A stretch of 62,333 bases of DNA from Candidatus Spyradenecus sp. GTDB lineage: Bacteria; Verrucomicrobiota; Kiritimatiellia; RFP12; DVOR01. The stretch lies in contig JBJEVY010000075.1 of NCBI GenBank assembly GCA_051884775.1, forward strand, positions 1 to 62,333, read 5' to 3'. Under the pieces are notes generated by a model that was given only the letters and a program-made list of their open reading frames with translations, was not told the DNA's origin and did no database searches. Shown one piece after another: positions 28,101-35,416 of the stretch (within the stretch, counting starts at the first letter, position 1; each line of letters begins with the position of its first letter). The position numbers were made by a program, and so were the translations under genes.

Positions 28101-29052
28101 TGCTGGCGCCATTGAAGGTCATATTCGTGTCATTCGCGGCTGCGAAGGTGGTAGAGTTCTCGACCCAGGTGCTGCTCTCGCCCAGCCCGGAGAAGGCACC
28201 CGTCGACAGCAAGAGGTTATAGAAGGCGCCGCTTGCATCGGTCGCGGTGAGGCCAGCACCGTTGCTCACCCCGGCGTTGCCGCCGTTCGTGTAGTTCACC
28301 CAGCTGTTCTGCGTCACCGAGACCTGTCCGCGCCCGGCCGTACCCGTGCTGATGTTCCCGGTGTAGTTCGAGCGCAGCGGCTTGCCCGTCTCGTCCAGGG
28401 CGAGCGCCATACATCCCGCTGCGCGGTGCATCAATGCCCCCGCCGCACTGACCGCGTCCGCCGATGTCAGGCGCTCGGTGTAGAGACTCACGCCATAGAG
28501 CTTCATCCCCGCCAAGCCAATCGTAAAAGACTTATAGACCCGACCTGACCACCTGAGGCCATTCTCCCCTAGGATGGACGCGCCGTCTTTGTAGATGTTG
28601 GTGCCATCGCTGGAGCCGTGCACGAGCGTCAACTTCGCACGCGTGCCGTCCCAAGCGGAGGTGGTGCTGTAGTTAGTGCCCGCGCTGTGGCCGAGATTGA
28701 GCGTTGTGCCGGTGAACTTAAGCCAGCCAACATTGTTATCCGTCGCAGTAAAGGCAAAGACGCGCCCCTCGGCGTTCGGGGTTCCCGCGAGCTCGGCCAT
28801 CAGGGAGAAGGCACCCGTGCCATCGCCTGTACCCGTCAGCGTGGCAGCACCGGTGAGCGTAATCGCGCCGGTTTCCGTATCCAGCGTGCCGGGGATCGTG
28901 AGCGTCCATTCGCCTTGAGTCAGCGTGTGCGTCGTCTCCTCGGCAGACGTCGTGCTCTTAAAACTTGCCCAATTAGCCGCGGGGGCGGCCCAGAGAAAAC
29001 CTGAACCTATCGCGGCGATAGAGGCCGCGACAAAGCGGATTAATGCTTTCAT
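22150..29052 (-). CDS. Giant exported protein: signal peptide, LamG/concanavalin-like domain, then about 2,000 aa of beta-strand (autotransporter-associated type) repeats
   Basis: Starts MKALIRFVAASIAAIGSGFLWA after an AGGAAAG SD. The segment LTLVHGSSDGTNIYKDGASI..YKSFTIGLAGMKLYGVSLY is LamG-like. The rest is G/T/S/A/L-rich repeats (GTLTLAGTG, TLTLSG etc.). No C-terminal anchor was recognised. Confidence 0.85.
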   Translation of the reverse strand: MKALIRFVAASIAAIGSGFLWAAPAANWASFKSTTSAEETTHTLTQGEWTLTIPGTLDTETGAITLTGAATLTGTGDGTGAFSLMAELAGTPNAEGRVFAFTATDNNVGWLKFTGTTLNLGHSAGTNYSTTSAWDGTRAKLTLVHGSSDGTNIYKDGASILGENGLRWSGRVYKSFTIGLAGMKLYGVSLYTERLTSADAVSAAGALMHRAAGCMALALDETGKPLRSNYTGNISTGTAGRGQVSVTQNSWVNYTNGGNAGVSNGAGLTATDASGAFYNLLLSTGAFSGLGESSTWVENSTTFAAANDTNMTFNGASNAASLNIQSGRWLVGSAGGFANVATIFLTGGQLWLDSNSASKTGTQTRFVLGASNYSETNAYGGAALRADGTATLSTVEVIENAKITQAGSTTLTLSTLSGSKDLTFATYSGTPNLTIGNAAGYTGTLSKPSGIVTLNSGTTFGGELQQAAGTLTLAGTGGHTVKKVAASGSALTIALGSNAESIRENIEVLSLGSATVTVTQTSWNNFISVGSPDGTGTLSGTGTLKWNQTTNHYTPSTLTITGDNTGFVGAIETVRASGGTESRPYQHYLVAASNTALGSANLYLNGANAQNYSSLAVNADTVTVGTLRGTAYAYVLSGLTEPAVNSGCALRTGDGTDRTLKLIGAQNGTWLGTIGPHLNIEVAGSGTWEVGDGCLGSGTVTLTSGTLVLPVQSAAQTITPNAEGCTGTLVLRLSDEQLGSPTLTTNVRWSGNLSQVKVWDSMGVEQTQFSASLAEDTGDLVLTNASAIWSPTNANHTWSDTSLWSGQTVPTEGLVTIDCSALTAAINLEIPAEAQLTKVVVTGFESAAAAQLLTLSLAEGATIGTLELLGYSRVQLPCTAAITTRSVGSDAILTLDMGAATAEAPATLPTFTGTGTVSLTNGYATTEPFADFTGTLDLDASATLRVSNGAAVKSCRAITGSGTLRFQGVVPNVTGSAVDGLPGISNSAAWTGTITVSGITGSNTQLRPNAYGNANSTVEFDGVAGWMNALTVPRLRLTGEGLTLSNGSSTSNANIVVNTLVGTGKFQGATDGSSRAWMYSLLIGSAADFEGSFELTPANASNDQLVIQIGSTTAPSSTTDFLKNISIVNGATVSVKKPWVPASGGKIRVLSGATLEVATGTPESITETTARSFTDNATIENAGTLKLTSGYAYINVTGAGETVVPASSRFIFGIGGDNYTAPFTNSLTVEATGELQLRTFYAATLVVPTLTLNGKVTQDQSATPTLKVTGTGTLASGSTLGAGAALTVAERATCTLAGPTIDYHATALLTVDGELSVTETTTAYRQVVGAGKISVAEGKTLTLGRDSDTGKTGLVAGEDGFAGTLEVTNTATLALPNYASTPYTVENCDVTVNGTLSGGATLTLSAGKSLSGSGTINVPVAFANEVSATMASDASLTFGSTLSVPENVTLSGTVNLASTAVISGKGKVTGEVTFAEGAQLDVSQGVLGVSSVTGTVTVTGHTAAVQPVLYTAQSDVSFAAISGYTLPWKQGYYWLVKDTAKVLSAVAPASESATAWSALPWKSSDGLEVSSNIFMLGLDLTADVSAAADGAYVALDMSSAYCSTIDLTLSGENLMVFYEGTEEAVANFKSLTVEGVAAVEIAALNHLTSSSVAVSGTLYPLDVADTVTPLTKSITGTGVVGVLSNSAVTIASTLGSATNDLATFQGSLLVGRGATLTLTSPIKQEMSGDIAIADGTSRLVIGNGSQTSGLVLKGRFLTGQTASTFGGTLAISKNSYFTFASSSVATVTGAVVAGTSGTGRLTLGDGTTASTLTLAGTLGTVADGVATYAGAIEVAANSELRLMPTLATTLSASVTGAGKVVIGDGTAATQVSQAAAGCDISAIDIAAGATYTVGTAGTQSVMLPATTTVTVAEGGKLVVDTARQMNANVTGAGEVEVKAASKYVFAADQTNRLAPGKLTLKSGLVLHAARDNETGLSVNELTLKSATLSMELAESVTTKPVVTVAANQVLSGEGAIEMPIVFEAGAIFDAKNSVAGGSLSLAGVDITWPESGTVTVRATEPVQLMVFAAGSSEHFTLETSATALELYLSEATGFFGTDVTMSVLKKLGTDTLPAAVSENDAVKTAIQEELDAWAGKGYIITKVTDITTQSTVGEVKGSVQAVDCFTNLETTLVLTPDWDGGFSTTATAVVTYDFGVSDITIKEAQLAGDAAAQLYVLTCAKVSNGKAEDASAAGYAEGTTVTLWLNDADSGATLLDADTLSAQFGITAGTGERWFALPMSGLGLGTHGFTVRASKTTSTP

Positions 29053-29132
29053 CTCATCTTTCCTTTCATCTCTAGTAGAAGAGGTTATGGGGCCTCTTCT
29101 CCCACTTGACAGGTTCAGTTTAACATCTTTTA

Positions 29133-29142
29133 CCCCCCCCCC
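29133..29142 (-). promoter_or_regulatory. Homopolymeric C10 (G10 on the coding strand) tract in the upstream region of the giant gene
   Basis: tacccccccccc-gtgcaa. On the minus strand, TTGCAC (candidate -35, 29143-29148) is followed directly by G10. It lies about 80 nt upstream of the ATG at 29052. Confidence 0.45.
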
Positions 29143-29215
29143 GTGCAAGTGGTTTTGCGACTATTTTTTGTGGGCGCGAGGCGCTAGGCTCGCAGCGGCT
29201 GGGCGCTGCGAGCCC

Positions 29216-29276
29216 GTGAACGGTGAACGGTGAACGGTGAGAGGGGGCGGAGAGCCCAGCGGACAGCGGACAGCGG
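29216..29276 (+). repeat. Heptad arrays (GTGAACG x3-4, then GCGGACA x2)
   Basis: gtgaacggtgaacggtgaacggtgagagg at 29216-29245 and gcggacagcggacagcgg at 29259-29276. Confidence 0.85.
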
Positions 29277-29385
29277 GCGGCCTGGCGGAGCAGGCCGCTG
29301 CACAACGCTTACCGGCGCTCGCTGACGCTCGCTGCACCGCGCAAGCGCGGTGCCACGGAACGGGCAACGGCAGGAGGAGGGCTGG
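29262..29385 (+). repeat. 124-bp direct repeat, copy 1 (flanks an AT-rich DUF3800 remnant)
   Basis: Identical by eye to 30012-30135. Contains the CGGCCTGGCGGAGCAGGCCG and GCACCGCGCAAGCGCGGTGC hairpins. Confidence 0.9.
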
Positions 29386-29425
29386 CCTTCCGGTAAAGGG
29401 GCCCCAGCGCCGGGCGGGGTGGAGG

Positions 29426-29493
29426 CCAGGCGCGGCCATTGGAGCGGCCGAGGTGCCGGCCAGGCGCGGCCATTGGAGCGGCCGGGGTGCCGG
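29426..29493 (+). repeat. 34-bp tandem repeat x2 (CCAGGCGCGGCCATTGGAGCGGCCGRGGTGCCGG)
   Basis: Units at 29426-29459 and 29460-29493, with related single copies near 30193 and 42494. Confidence 0.8.
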
Positions 29494-29509
29494 GCGGATT
29501 GAACACTTT

Positions 29510-29893
29510 ATGCGCGAGTGCCACGATAAGCATACCGCAATCTTGATTACCGACGATGTGAGTAAGCAGAAGAACCTACAGACGACCATCGCGCATGTTA
29601 ATCTTTATCGAATGGGTTCAACGGCTGGTGTTAAGTTAAAGCATATCATTGAAATGCCGCTCTTCGTCAGTAGCGCCACCTGTGTGGGTGTTCAATTGGC
29701 GGATCTTTGCGCCTACAATGTCTATCGGCGTTTCACGGCCAACGACCCAGACTATCCCTTCTTCAAGAAGATTGAGCCTTACTTCTACTCTTCGGGCCGG
29801 ACGCCGGCACAAAAAACGGACGGATTGAAAGTCTTTCCGCCCGATCAAAAACAAGAGAATGAAGTTCGGCTGGGATTATCCATATCGAGCTAA
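29510..29893 (+). pseudogene. Truncated DUF3800-like gene fragment in a visibly AT-richer segment
   Basis: C-terminal-type motif VGVQLADLCAYNVYRRF. No N-terminal DUF3800 half was seen. Only the part from ATG 29510 looks coding; the upstream part of ORF 29237-29893 is repeat-derived. Confidence 0.45.
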
Positions 29894-30011
29894 CTAGTAG
29901 CACCGAACTGTGATTAGTGTATAACAAGGTGCACCACAAAGTCAACTTGGGCGCTGCGCGGTGGGGGGCGCGGGGCGCCCGTGAACGGGGGAGAGCGCTG
30001 CGCGCCTAGCA

Positions 30012-30135
30012 GACAGCGGACAGCGGGCGGCCTGGCGGAGCAGGCCGCTGCACAACGCTTACCGGCGCTCGCTGACGCTCGCTGCACCGCGCAAGCGCGG
30101 TGCCACGGAACGGGCAACGGCAGGAGGAGGGCTGG
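30012..30135 (+). repeat. 124-bp direct repeat, copy 2
   Basis: Identical by eye to 29262-29385, offset 750 bp. Confidence 0.9.
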
Positions 30136-30155
30136 ATGGGGGGCGCGGGGCGCCC

Positions 30156-30190
30156 GTGAACGGTGAGAGGTGAACGGTGAGAGGTGGAGG
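30156..30190 (+). repeat. Heptad array (GTGAACG/GTGAGAG)
   Basis: gtgaacggtgagaggtgaacggtgagaggtggagg. Confidence 0.85.
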
Positions 30191-30260
30191 GGGCCAGGCG
30201 CGGCCATTGGAGCGGCTGGGGTTTCTTGGAGTGCGGGGGCGTTGCCCCCCGCGCCGGGGG

Positions 30261-30288
30261 CTAGCAGCTAACAGCTAACCGCTAGCGG
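30261..30288 (-). repeat. Heptad array of the TAGC family (reverse orientation) overlapping the mnmA stop
   Basis: ctagcag ctaacag ctaaccg ctagcgg, the reverse complement of units in 35417-35535. Confidence 0.75.
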
Positions 30289-31379
30289 CTTTCTTCGGCG
30301 ATGGTGGCGCCGCCGAGGAGGTAGGCTCCGCGATAGAAGACGCAGGCTTGGCCTGGGGTGAGGAGGGCTTGGGGGGAGGCGGGGTGGACGGTGAGGTCCT
30401 CGGTGAGGGTGCAGTCGAAGGGGGGGTGGTGGTAGCGGGTGACGGCTTGGCAGGTGAGGGGGAAGGTGGGGGGGATGAGCCAGTGGGGGTCGCGGACGGC
30501 GAAGGCGGGGCGGAGGAGGGCTTCGCGGGGGCCGAGGGTGAGGGTGTTGGCGGCGCGGTCGAGGGCGACGACGAAGGCGCGCGAGCCGGTGGCGATGCCC
30601 AGGCCTTTGCGTTGGCCGCGGGTGTAGTTGGCCAGGCCGGTGTGGGTGCCGAGGCGGCGGCCGGCGGTATCGAGGATGGGGCCGGGGGTGGCGGTTTCTG
30701 GGTGGCGGCGGCGGAGTTCGGGGCGGTAGTCGCCACTGGGGAGGAAGCAGATGTCTTGGCTGCCGGCGGCGAGTTTGGCCTCGGGGATGGGGAGGCGCCA
30801 TTCGCGGGCGAGGGCGACGACTTGGGCGCGGGTCATGCCGGCGAGGGGGAAGTGGAGGTGGGGGAGGAGCTCGGGGGGGAGGGCGTAGAGGAAGTAGGAT
30901 TGGTCCTTGGCGGCATCGGTGGCGCAGCGGAGGGTGAGGCGGCCAGAGAGGGGCTCGCGGTCGAGGGCGACGTAGTGACCGGTGGCCATGGGGCCGCCGA
31001 TGGCGCGCTGGAGGAGGCCGAACTTGAGGCGGGGGTTGCACCAGGCGCAGGGATTGGGGGTCTGACCGGCGGCGTAGGCGGCAAAGAAGGGGGCGACCAC
31101 CTCGCGCTCGAAGGCGTCGCGCAGGTCGAGGAGGTGGAGGGGCACGCCCAGGGCAGCGGCGAGCTCGACCACGCCGGGGGCCGGTTCGGCCGAGCAGGTG
31201 AGCATGTGCCAGGCTTCCACCGCGTAGCCTTGGCGCTGGAGCAGCCGGACGCAGACGGCGGAATCGACCCCGCCGGAAAAAGCGACACCAATGGAAGGGA
31301 GCTCGCTACGCTCGCAGTGAACAGTCGACAGTCGACAGTCGACAGGGCTCGCTTCGCTCGCGCAGGGGAGGTCAGCCAT
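30282..31379 (-). CDS. mnmA: tRNA-specific 2-thiouridylase MnmA
   Basis: PP-loop GVAFSGGVDSAV plus NPCAWCN and DQSYFL motifs. GGAG SD lies 6 nt before the ATG at 31379. The first roughly 25 codons are encoded by repeat modules. Confidence 0.9.
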   Translation of the reverse strand: MADLPCASEASPVDCRLSTVHCERSELPSIGVAFSGGVDSAVCVRLLQRQGYAVEAWHMLTCSAEPAPGVVELAAALGVPLHLLDLRDAFEREVVAPFFAAYAAGQTPNPCAWCNPRLKFGLLQRAIGGPMATGHYVALDREPLSGRLTLRCATDAAKDQSYFLYALPPELLPHLHFPLAGMTRAQVVALAREWRLPIPEAKLAAGSQDICFLPSGDYRPELRRRHPETATPGPILDTAGRRLGTHTGLANYTRGQRKGLGIATGSRAFVVALDRAANTLTLGPREALLRPAFAVRDPHWLIPPTFPLTCQAVTRYHHPPFDCTLTEDLTVHPASPQALLTPGQACVFYRGAYLLGGATIAEESR

Positions 31380-31434
31380 CGGTCACTCCGTCGCGGCACG
31401 CGCCTGTCGACTGTTCACTGTCAACTGACGACTC
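31317..31434. repeat. Inverted pair of GTCGACA/GTGAACA heptad arrays bracketing the mnmA start codon
   Basis: Left arm is 31317-31345 and right arm is 31404-31434. The core contains ccgtcgcggcacgcgc (31388-31403), the SD and the ATG. GCTCGCTACGCTCGC lies at 31302-31316. Confidence 0.85.
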
Positions 31435-32401
31435 ATTCTAACGGCAGCTCCAATTGGCCGGAGATCATCATCTTGTGGGCGCCGGTGCCGTCGGAGGTGT
31501 CGTAGACACAGAACTTGACGGTGGGAAAGCGGCGGACGAGGTCCTGCTCGATGTATTGGCGGACGGCTTGGATGTTGTGGGGGTCGTCATCAGAGAAGCC
31601 GATGGAGATGGGCAGGCGCAGGGCGGACATGCCGGTGCGCTCGAGGATGCGCTCGATGTGGTCCATAAAGTCCTGAATGGCAAAGCGCTTGCGCAGTTCG
31701 GGCTTGAGGGGGGCTTCGCTGCCGAGGCGCTCGCTAAAGGACTTGGAGGTGATGGCGTGGTAGCGATTGAGGGCGAGGTAGTTGCGGATGACGCCGGTCT
31801 GCGAGGGGAAGGTCTGAATGTGGTCGAAGCAGTAGGCGTAGCCGCGGAGGTTGATGAGCATCACTTCGCGCTCGACGGGGGTGAGGACGCGCTCGATGAA
31901 GCGCTCAACGCCGCGGCGGAGGGTCTCGGGCTCGTGGCCGCGGGCGGTGACGATGGCGAAGAGGCGGCCTTCAACGAGGGTCTTGCGAAAGGTCTCGAAG
32001 CTTGGCGGGGCGTTGCGGCGCGCGGCGAGGATGTCATCGAGCGCGTGCTCGAGATCCTCCATAAAGGTGCCGCCGCCGAGGGGGGTGCGCTCATCTTGGA
32101 ACTCAACGAAGGCGAGTTCGCGGCGGCCCTGGGGGTAGCGATAGTGCGCAGTGTCCTTGCGGATGATGCTATAGGCGGCGGTGGAGCAGATGTGCGGGAC
32201 CCACCGGCCATCGGGCTCCAAGCGCTCCATGTGGATACGCGTGGGCATGGAGAGGATGTTGTCGTCCCAGTCGAAGATGTAGTACTTGAGGTCTCGGCCG
32301 CGAACGGACTCATTGACCCAGACGCCGTCGACGAAGGCGAGCTTGGCGAGCTCGAACTGCGCCAGGGCGGCGTGGAGGGTCTCGCTTTCGGCAGGGCTCA
32401 A
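31433..32401 (-). CDS. HAD-superfamily-like hydrolase, specific function unknown
   Basis: YYIFDWDDNIL (motif I-like), FAIVTARGH (motif II) and GFSDDDPHN (motif IV). The TTG start overlaps the speB stop (TTGA); the start is uncertain. Confidence 0.55.
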   Translation of the reverse strand: MSPAESETLHAALAQFELAKLAFVDGVWVNESVRGRDLKYYIFDWDDNILSMPTRIHMERLEPDGRWVPHICSTAAYSIIRKDTAHYRYPQGRRELAFVEFQDERTPLGGGTFMEDLEHALDDILAARRNAPPSFETFRKTLVEGRLFAIVTARGHEPETLRRGVERFIERVLTPVEREVMLINLRGYAYCFDHIQTFPSQTGVIRNYLALNRYHAITSKSFSERLGSEAPLKPELRKRFAIQDFMDHIERILERTGMSALRLPISIGFSDDDPHNIQAVRQYIEQDLVRRFPTVKFCVYDTSDGTGAHKMMISGQLELPLE

Positions 32402-33276
32402 GCCATCAGCCCCATCAGCTTTTGGGTGAGTTTGGCGGCGGTGAAGGTGGCGTGGTGGAGGCCGGGAATGGGGGCAAGCTCGACCACATCGCAGCCGACG
32501 ATGTCGTGGGAGGAGGCGATTTCGCGCAGAATGAAGAGGGCCGAATACCAGAGCAGACCGCCGGGGACAGGCGTGCCCGTGGCGGGCATCACCGCGGGGT
32601 CCAGACCGTCGACATCGAAGGTGACGTAGACGCGCTTGGGGAAGCCTTTGGGCAGGATGGGATCGGGCGGGCCCTTGAGGGCAAGGGTCTCGGCATCCAT
32701 CGCGAAGAGGGACTTCTTGTTGGCGGCGCGGTAGGCGGCCTCATCGGCACAGTAGGCGCGGGTGGCGAACTGGGCGAGGGGGAAGCCGAGCTCGTGGCAG
32801 CGGCGCAGGACGCAGGCGTGGGAGAGGGGCGAGCCTTCGTAGCTATCGCGCAGGTCGGCGTGGGCATCGAAGTGGACAATGCCAATCTCCTCGCCGCGGA
32901 CCTTGTAGGCCAAGAGCGCGCCGAGGGTGACGGTGTGCTCGCCGCCGAGGACGACCGGGCGGGCCCCGCAATCGAGCGCCTCGCCGACGGCCTTCTCGAT
33001 GGCGCGCAGCCAGGCTTCGGGGTCCTTGGCCTTGGCGGCGGTGGGCTTGACGGCCGGGCGGGTGTAAATGCCCCCGGCGCAGGGCTCTTCGCCGGCCTCG
33101 TAGGCCTCGAGCTGGTCGGAGGCTTCCAGAATAGCCGCCGGGCCATTGGCCGCGCCGGCGCCGTAGGAGACCGAGAGCTCCATCGGCACGGGGATCACAT
33201 GAAAGCGCGCGGCCTCCTTGTCGGCCGGTTCGTGTTCCGAGCCCAAGAAGGGCTGCTTATTCTGCTTGCTTGCCAT
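32398..33276 (-). CDS. speB: Agmatinase (ureohydrolase family)
   Basis: GGEHTV, HFDAHADL, VTFDVDGLDP and CDVVELAP Mn-ligand motifs. The start was chosen at MASKQNK (33276). Confidence 0.85.
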   Translation of the reverse strand: MASKQNKQPFLGSEHEPADKEAARFHVIPVPMELSVSYGAGAANGPAAILEASDQLEAYEAGEEPCAGGIYTRPAVKPTAAKAKDPEAWLRAIEKAVGEALDCGARPVVLGGEHTVTLGALLAYKVRGEEIGIVHFDAHADLRDSYEGSPLSHACVLRRCHELGFPLAQFATRAYCADEAAYRAANKKSLFAMDAETLALKGPPDPILPKGFPKRVYVTFDVDGLDPAVMPATGTPVPGGLLWYSALFILREIASSHDIVGCDVVELAPIPGLHHATFTAAKLTQKLMGLMA

Positions 33277-35410
33277 GGTCTGTTGCCTCCACCGGGATTG
33301 CCACACACGCATCGCCCTCGCAGGTCGGCGCTTCGGCCGCCGGGGTTTCCGCCGCCGCGCAGCGTTGACGCGGGGAGCAGGGGCAGAAGAACCACCACCC
33401 GGCCGCGACCGCCGCGCCGAGCAGCAGCACCGCCAGCGCGGTCCAGAGGGCCTTGTGGCTCACACGGGCCATCGGCGGGGCGGGGACGAAGCGCTTGCCC
33501 ACATAGCAGGCCTTTTGGGTGTAGTAGCGCCCGAGGGCGGCGGTCAGGCCAATGCGGCGGTTGACGGCCCAGCCCGAGGCGTTGAGAATCGGCGCGAGGT
33601 CGCGCGCACGCAGCTTGAGCCAGGTGAGGATAACGCTGGGCACGGAGACGGCCAAGATGAGCCCCACCACCACCAGCGCGGTCTTCCAGAGCGGCGTGCT
33701 GGTGAGGGCGGCCATCAACCCGGTCACGGCCGTGGCCACAAAGGAGAGGGCGATGCCCAGGGTCGCCACCGAGGCCATGGCCACGCCACCGCCGGGCGCC
33801 GCGGGCTTGTCCCCTTCGGCAGCGGCCTTCCCGGCGCTCTCGGCTTGGGCGGCGAGGGCAGCGGTCGCGGCCTCGTGCTTGCCGGCGAAGGTCTTGCGAA
33901 TGGCACCGGCGAAGGCATCGGCCACCTTGCGCCAGGGGGTGAAGAAGGCCTCGGTCAGGCTCATCGGGTTGGGCTCAAGGGTGGTGAGCGTGGCCTCCCA
34001 ATCGCGCCCTTCCAGATCGTAGAAGATGCCGTTGCGCCCAACGGCGAGGGTGGCGGCCGATCCGGCGGTAAAGACCGCGCAGATGGTGCGCTTTTCGCCG
34101 GTGGCCGGACGCGAGAGGGCGCAGTAGGCCAGGCAGCACTGCGAGGCCTTGGCCTGGGCGGCGTGGGCGGCGGCCGCTTGGTCGATGGGGAAGCAGAGCG
34201 AGCAGGCGCGGCCATCGAGGTAGAGCGTGCCCACCTGGTAGAGGGCGCCGGGCTGCGGGGGATAAAGTGCCTCGGTGTTCACGAAGTTGCGCAGGAAGCT
34301 TAGCAACCCGGTGCGCAGCGTCAGCAGACGGCAGAGGTCGCCATACGCGGCGGCCAGAGGCGCGCGCTTGGCATCGGCGGCAATGGCGCGCGTGAAGGCT
34401 TCGGCCACGGCGGGCTCGGCGGCCAGCGCGAGGACCTGCTCATCGAGCGCGGCGAAGCAGTCAGTCCCGGCGGGCTTGGCGGCCTGCCAGGCTTCGAGCG
34501 GGGCGACCTCGGCAGCGAGTTGCTGCCAGGCGGCCTCGGTGAGTGCCGGCGCCTTAGCCCAGGCCACGATGGGGGCCATCTGCGCAGCATAGAAGGGATT
34601 GAGGCGCCCGCCCTCCAGGGGCAACGCGCCCTCGGCCGTCGGCTCCAGCGCGAGCGGCGCGGCGGCCAACTCTTCGGCGGACTTGGGATTGGGGCGGCCC
34701 TCGGCGGCAGCGGGGTTGTAGCGCACCAGCTTGGCAGCGGCGAAGAAGGCCTCGATGGGCGCGCGCATCGCCGTTACGGCGGCGGCCAACTCCGGCGAAA
34801 GGGCGGCAACGGGCTGGGCGGCGCGCCAGACCTTGTAGGCTTCGAGCGCGGCAGCAAAGGCGGTCAGGTTCTCGGCCGAGAGCCCTTGCTTGCCGTCGAC
34901 CCCAGCCGTGCCGCCGGTGACGGCCACAACGGCCTCGCCCACCGGGGCAAACTTGCTGCCGGCGGCCTCAGGGGCCACCACGCCATCGCCATTCTCGGCG
35001 GCAGCCTTGAAGCCGGCGAAGGCCGCTTCCATCGCCTCGGGGGCCAGACGCTCCCCGGCGGCAACGAGGGTGCCAAAGAGCTCGGCCAGCGGCGCGCCCT
35101 CGGGCGTATTGGCGGCAATTTCAGCAAGGGAGAGCCCCGCCTCGCCGGCGAAGAGGCAATCGAAGGAGGCCAAGCGCGGCTTGAGCCAATCAATGGCCCC
35201 GAGCACTTCGGCCACGCGCACGCGCCCATCGTGATCGGTATCAAGCGCTTCGGCCACGGCGCGACCGCGGGGTCCGAGCCCCTTCACGGGGCAGGAGAGC
35301 GCCAGCCAGTAGGGCTTGGGCAACTCAGCGAGATGGGCAATATCCTCGCCCGAACGCAGGCGCACCTGCACGGTCCGGGCAACAGTACTGAAAGCAAAGG
35401 CGTGGCTCAT
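33257..35410 (-). CDS. Hypothetical 717-aa protein with N-terminal EF-hand loop, Ala-rich helical region and C-terminal TM helices
   Basis: Canonical EF-hand loop DTDHDGRVRVAE. Hydrophobic segments occur near the C-terminus, followed by a Cys-rich tail. The 3' end overlaps the speB start by 20 nt. Confidence 0.6.
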   Translation of the reverse strand: MSHAFAFSTVARTVQVRLRSGEDIAHLAELPKPYWLALSCPVKGLGPRGRAVAEALDTDHDGRVRVAEVLGAIDWLKPRLASFDCLFAGEAGLSLAEIAANTPEGAPLAELFGTLVAAGERLAPEAMEAAFAGFKAAAENGDGVVAPEAAGSKFAPVGEAVVAVTGGTAGVDGKQGLSAENLTAFAAALEAYKVWRAAQPVAALSPELAAAVTAMRAPIEAFFAAAKLVRYNPAAAEGRPNPKSAEELAAAPLALEPTAEGALPLEGGRLNPFYAAQMAPIVAWAKAPALTEAAWQQLAAEVAPLEAWQAAKPAGTDCFAALDEQVLALAAEPAVAEAFTRAIAADAKRAPLAAAYGDLCRLLTLRTGLLSFLRNFVNTEALYPPQPGALYQVGTLYLDGRACSLCFPIDQAAAAHAAQAKASQCCLAYCALSRPATGEKRTICAVFTAGSAATLAVGRNGIFYDLEGRDWEATLTTLEPNPMSLTEAFFTPWRKVADAFAGAIRKTFAGKHEAATAALAAQAESAGKAAAEGDKPAAPGGGVAMASVATLGIALSFVATAVTGLMAALTSTPLWKTALVVVGLILAVSVPSVILTWLKLRARDLAPILNASGWAVNRRIGLTAALGRYYTQKACYVGKRFVPAPPMARVSHKALWTALAVLLLGAAVAAGWWFFCPCSPRQRCAAAETPAAEAPTCEGDACVAIPVEATDHGKQAE

Positions 35411-35416
35411 AGGAAT

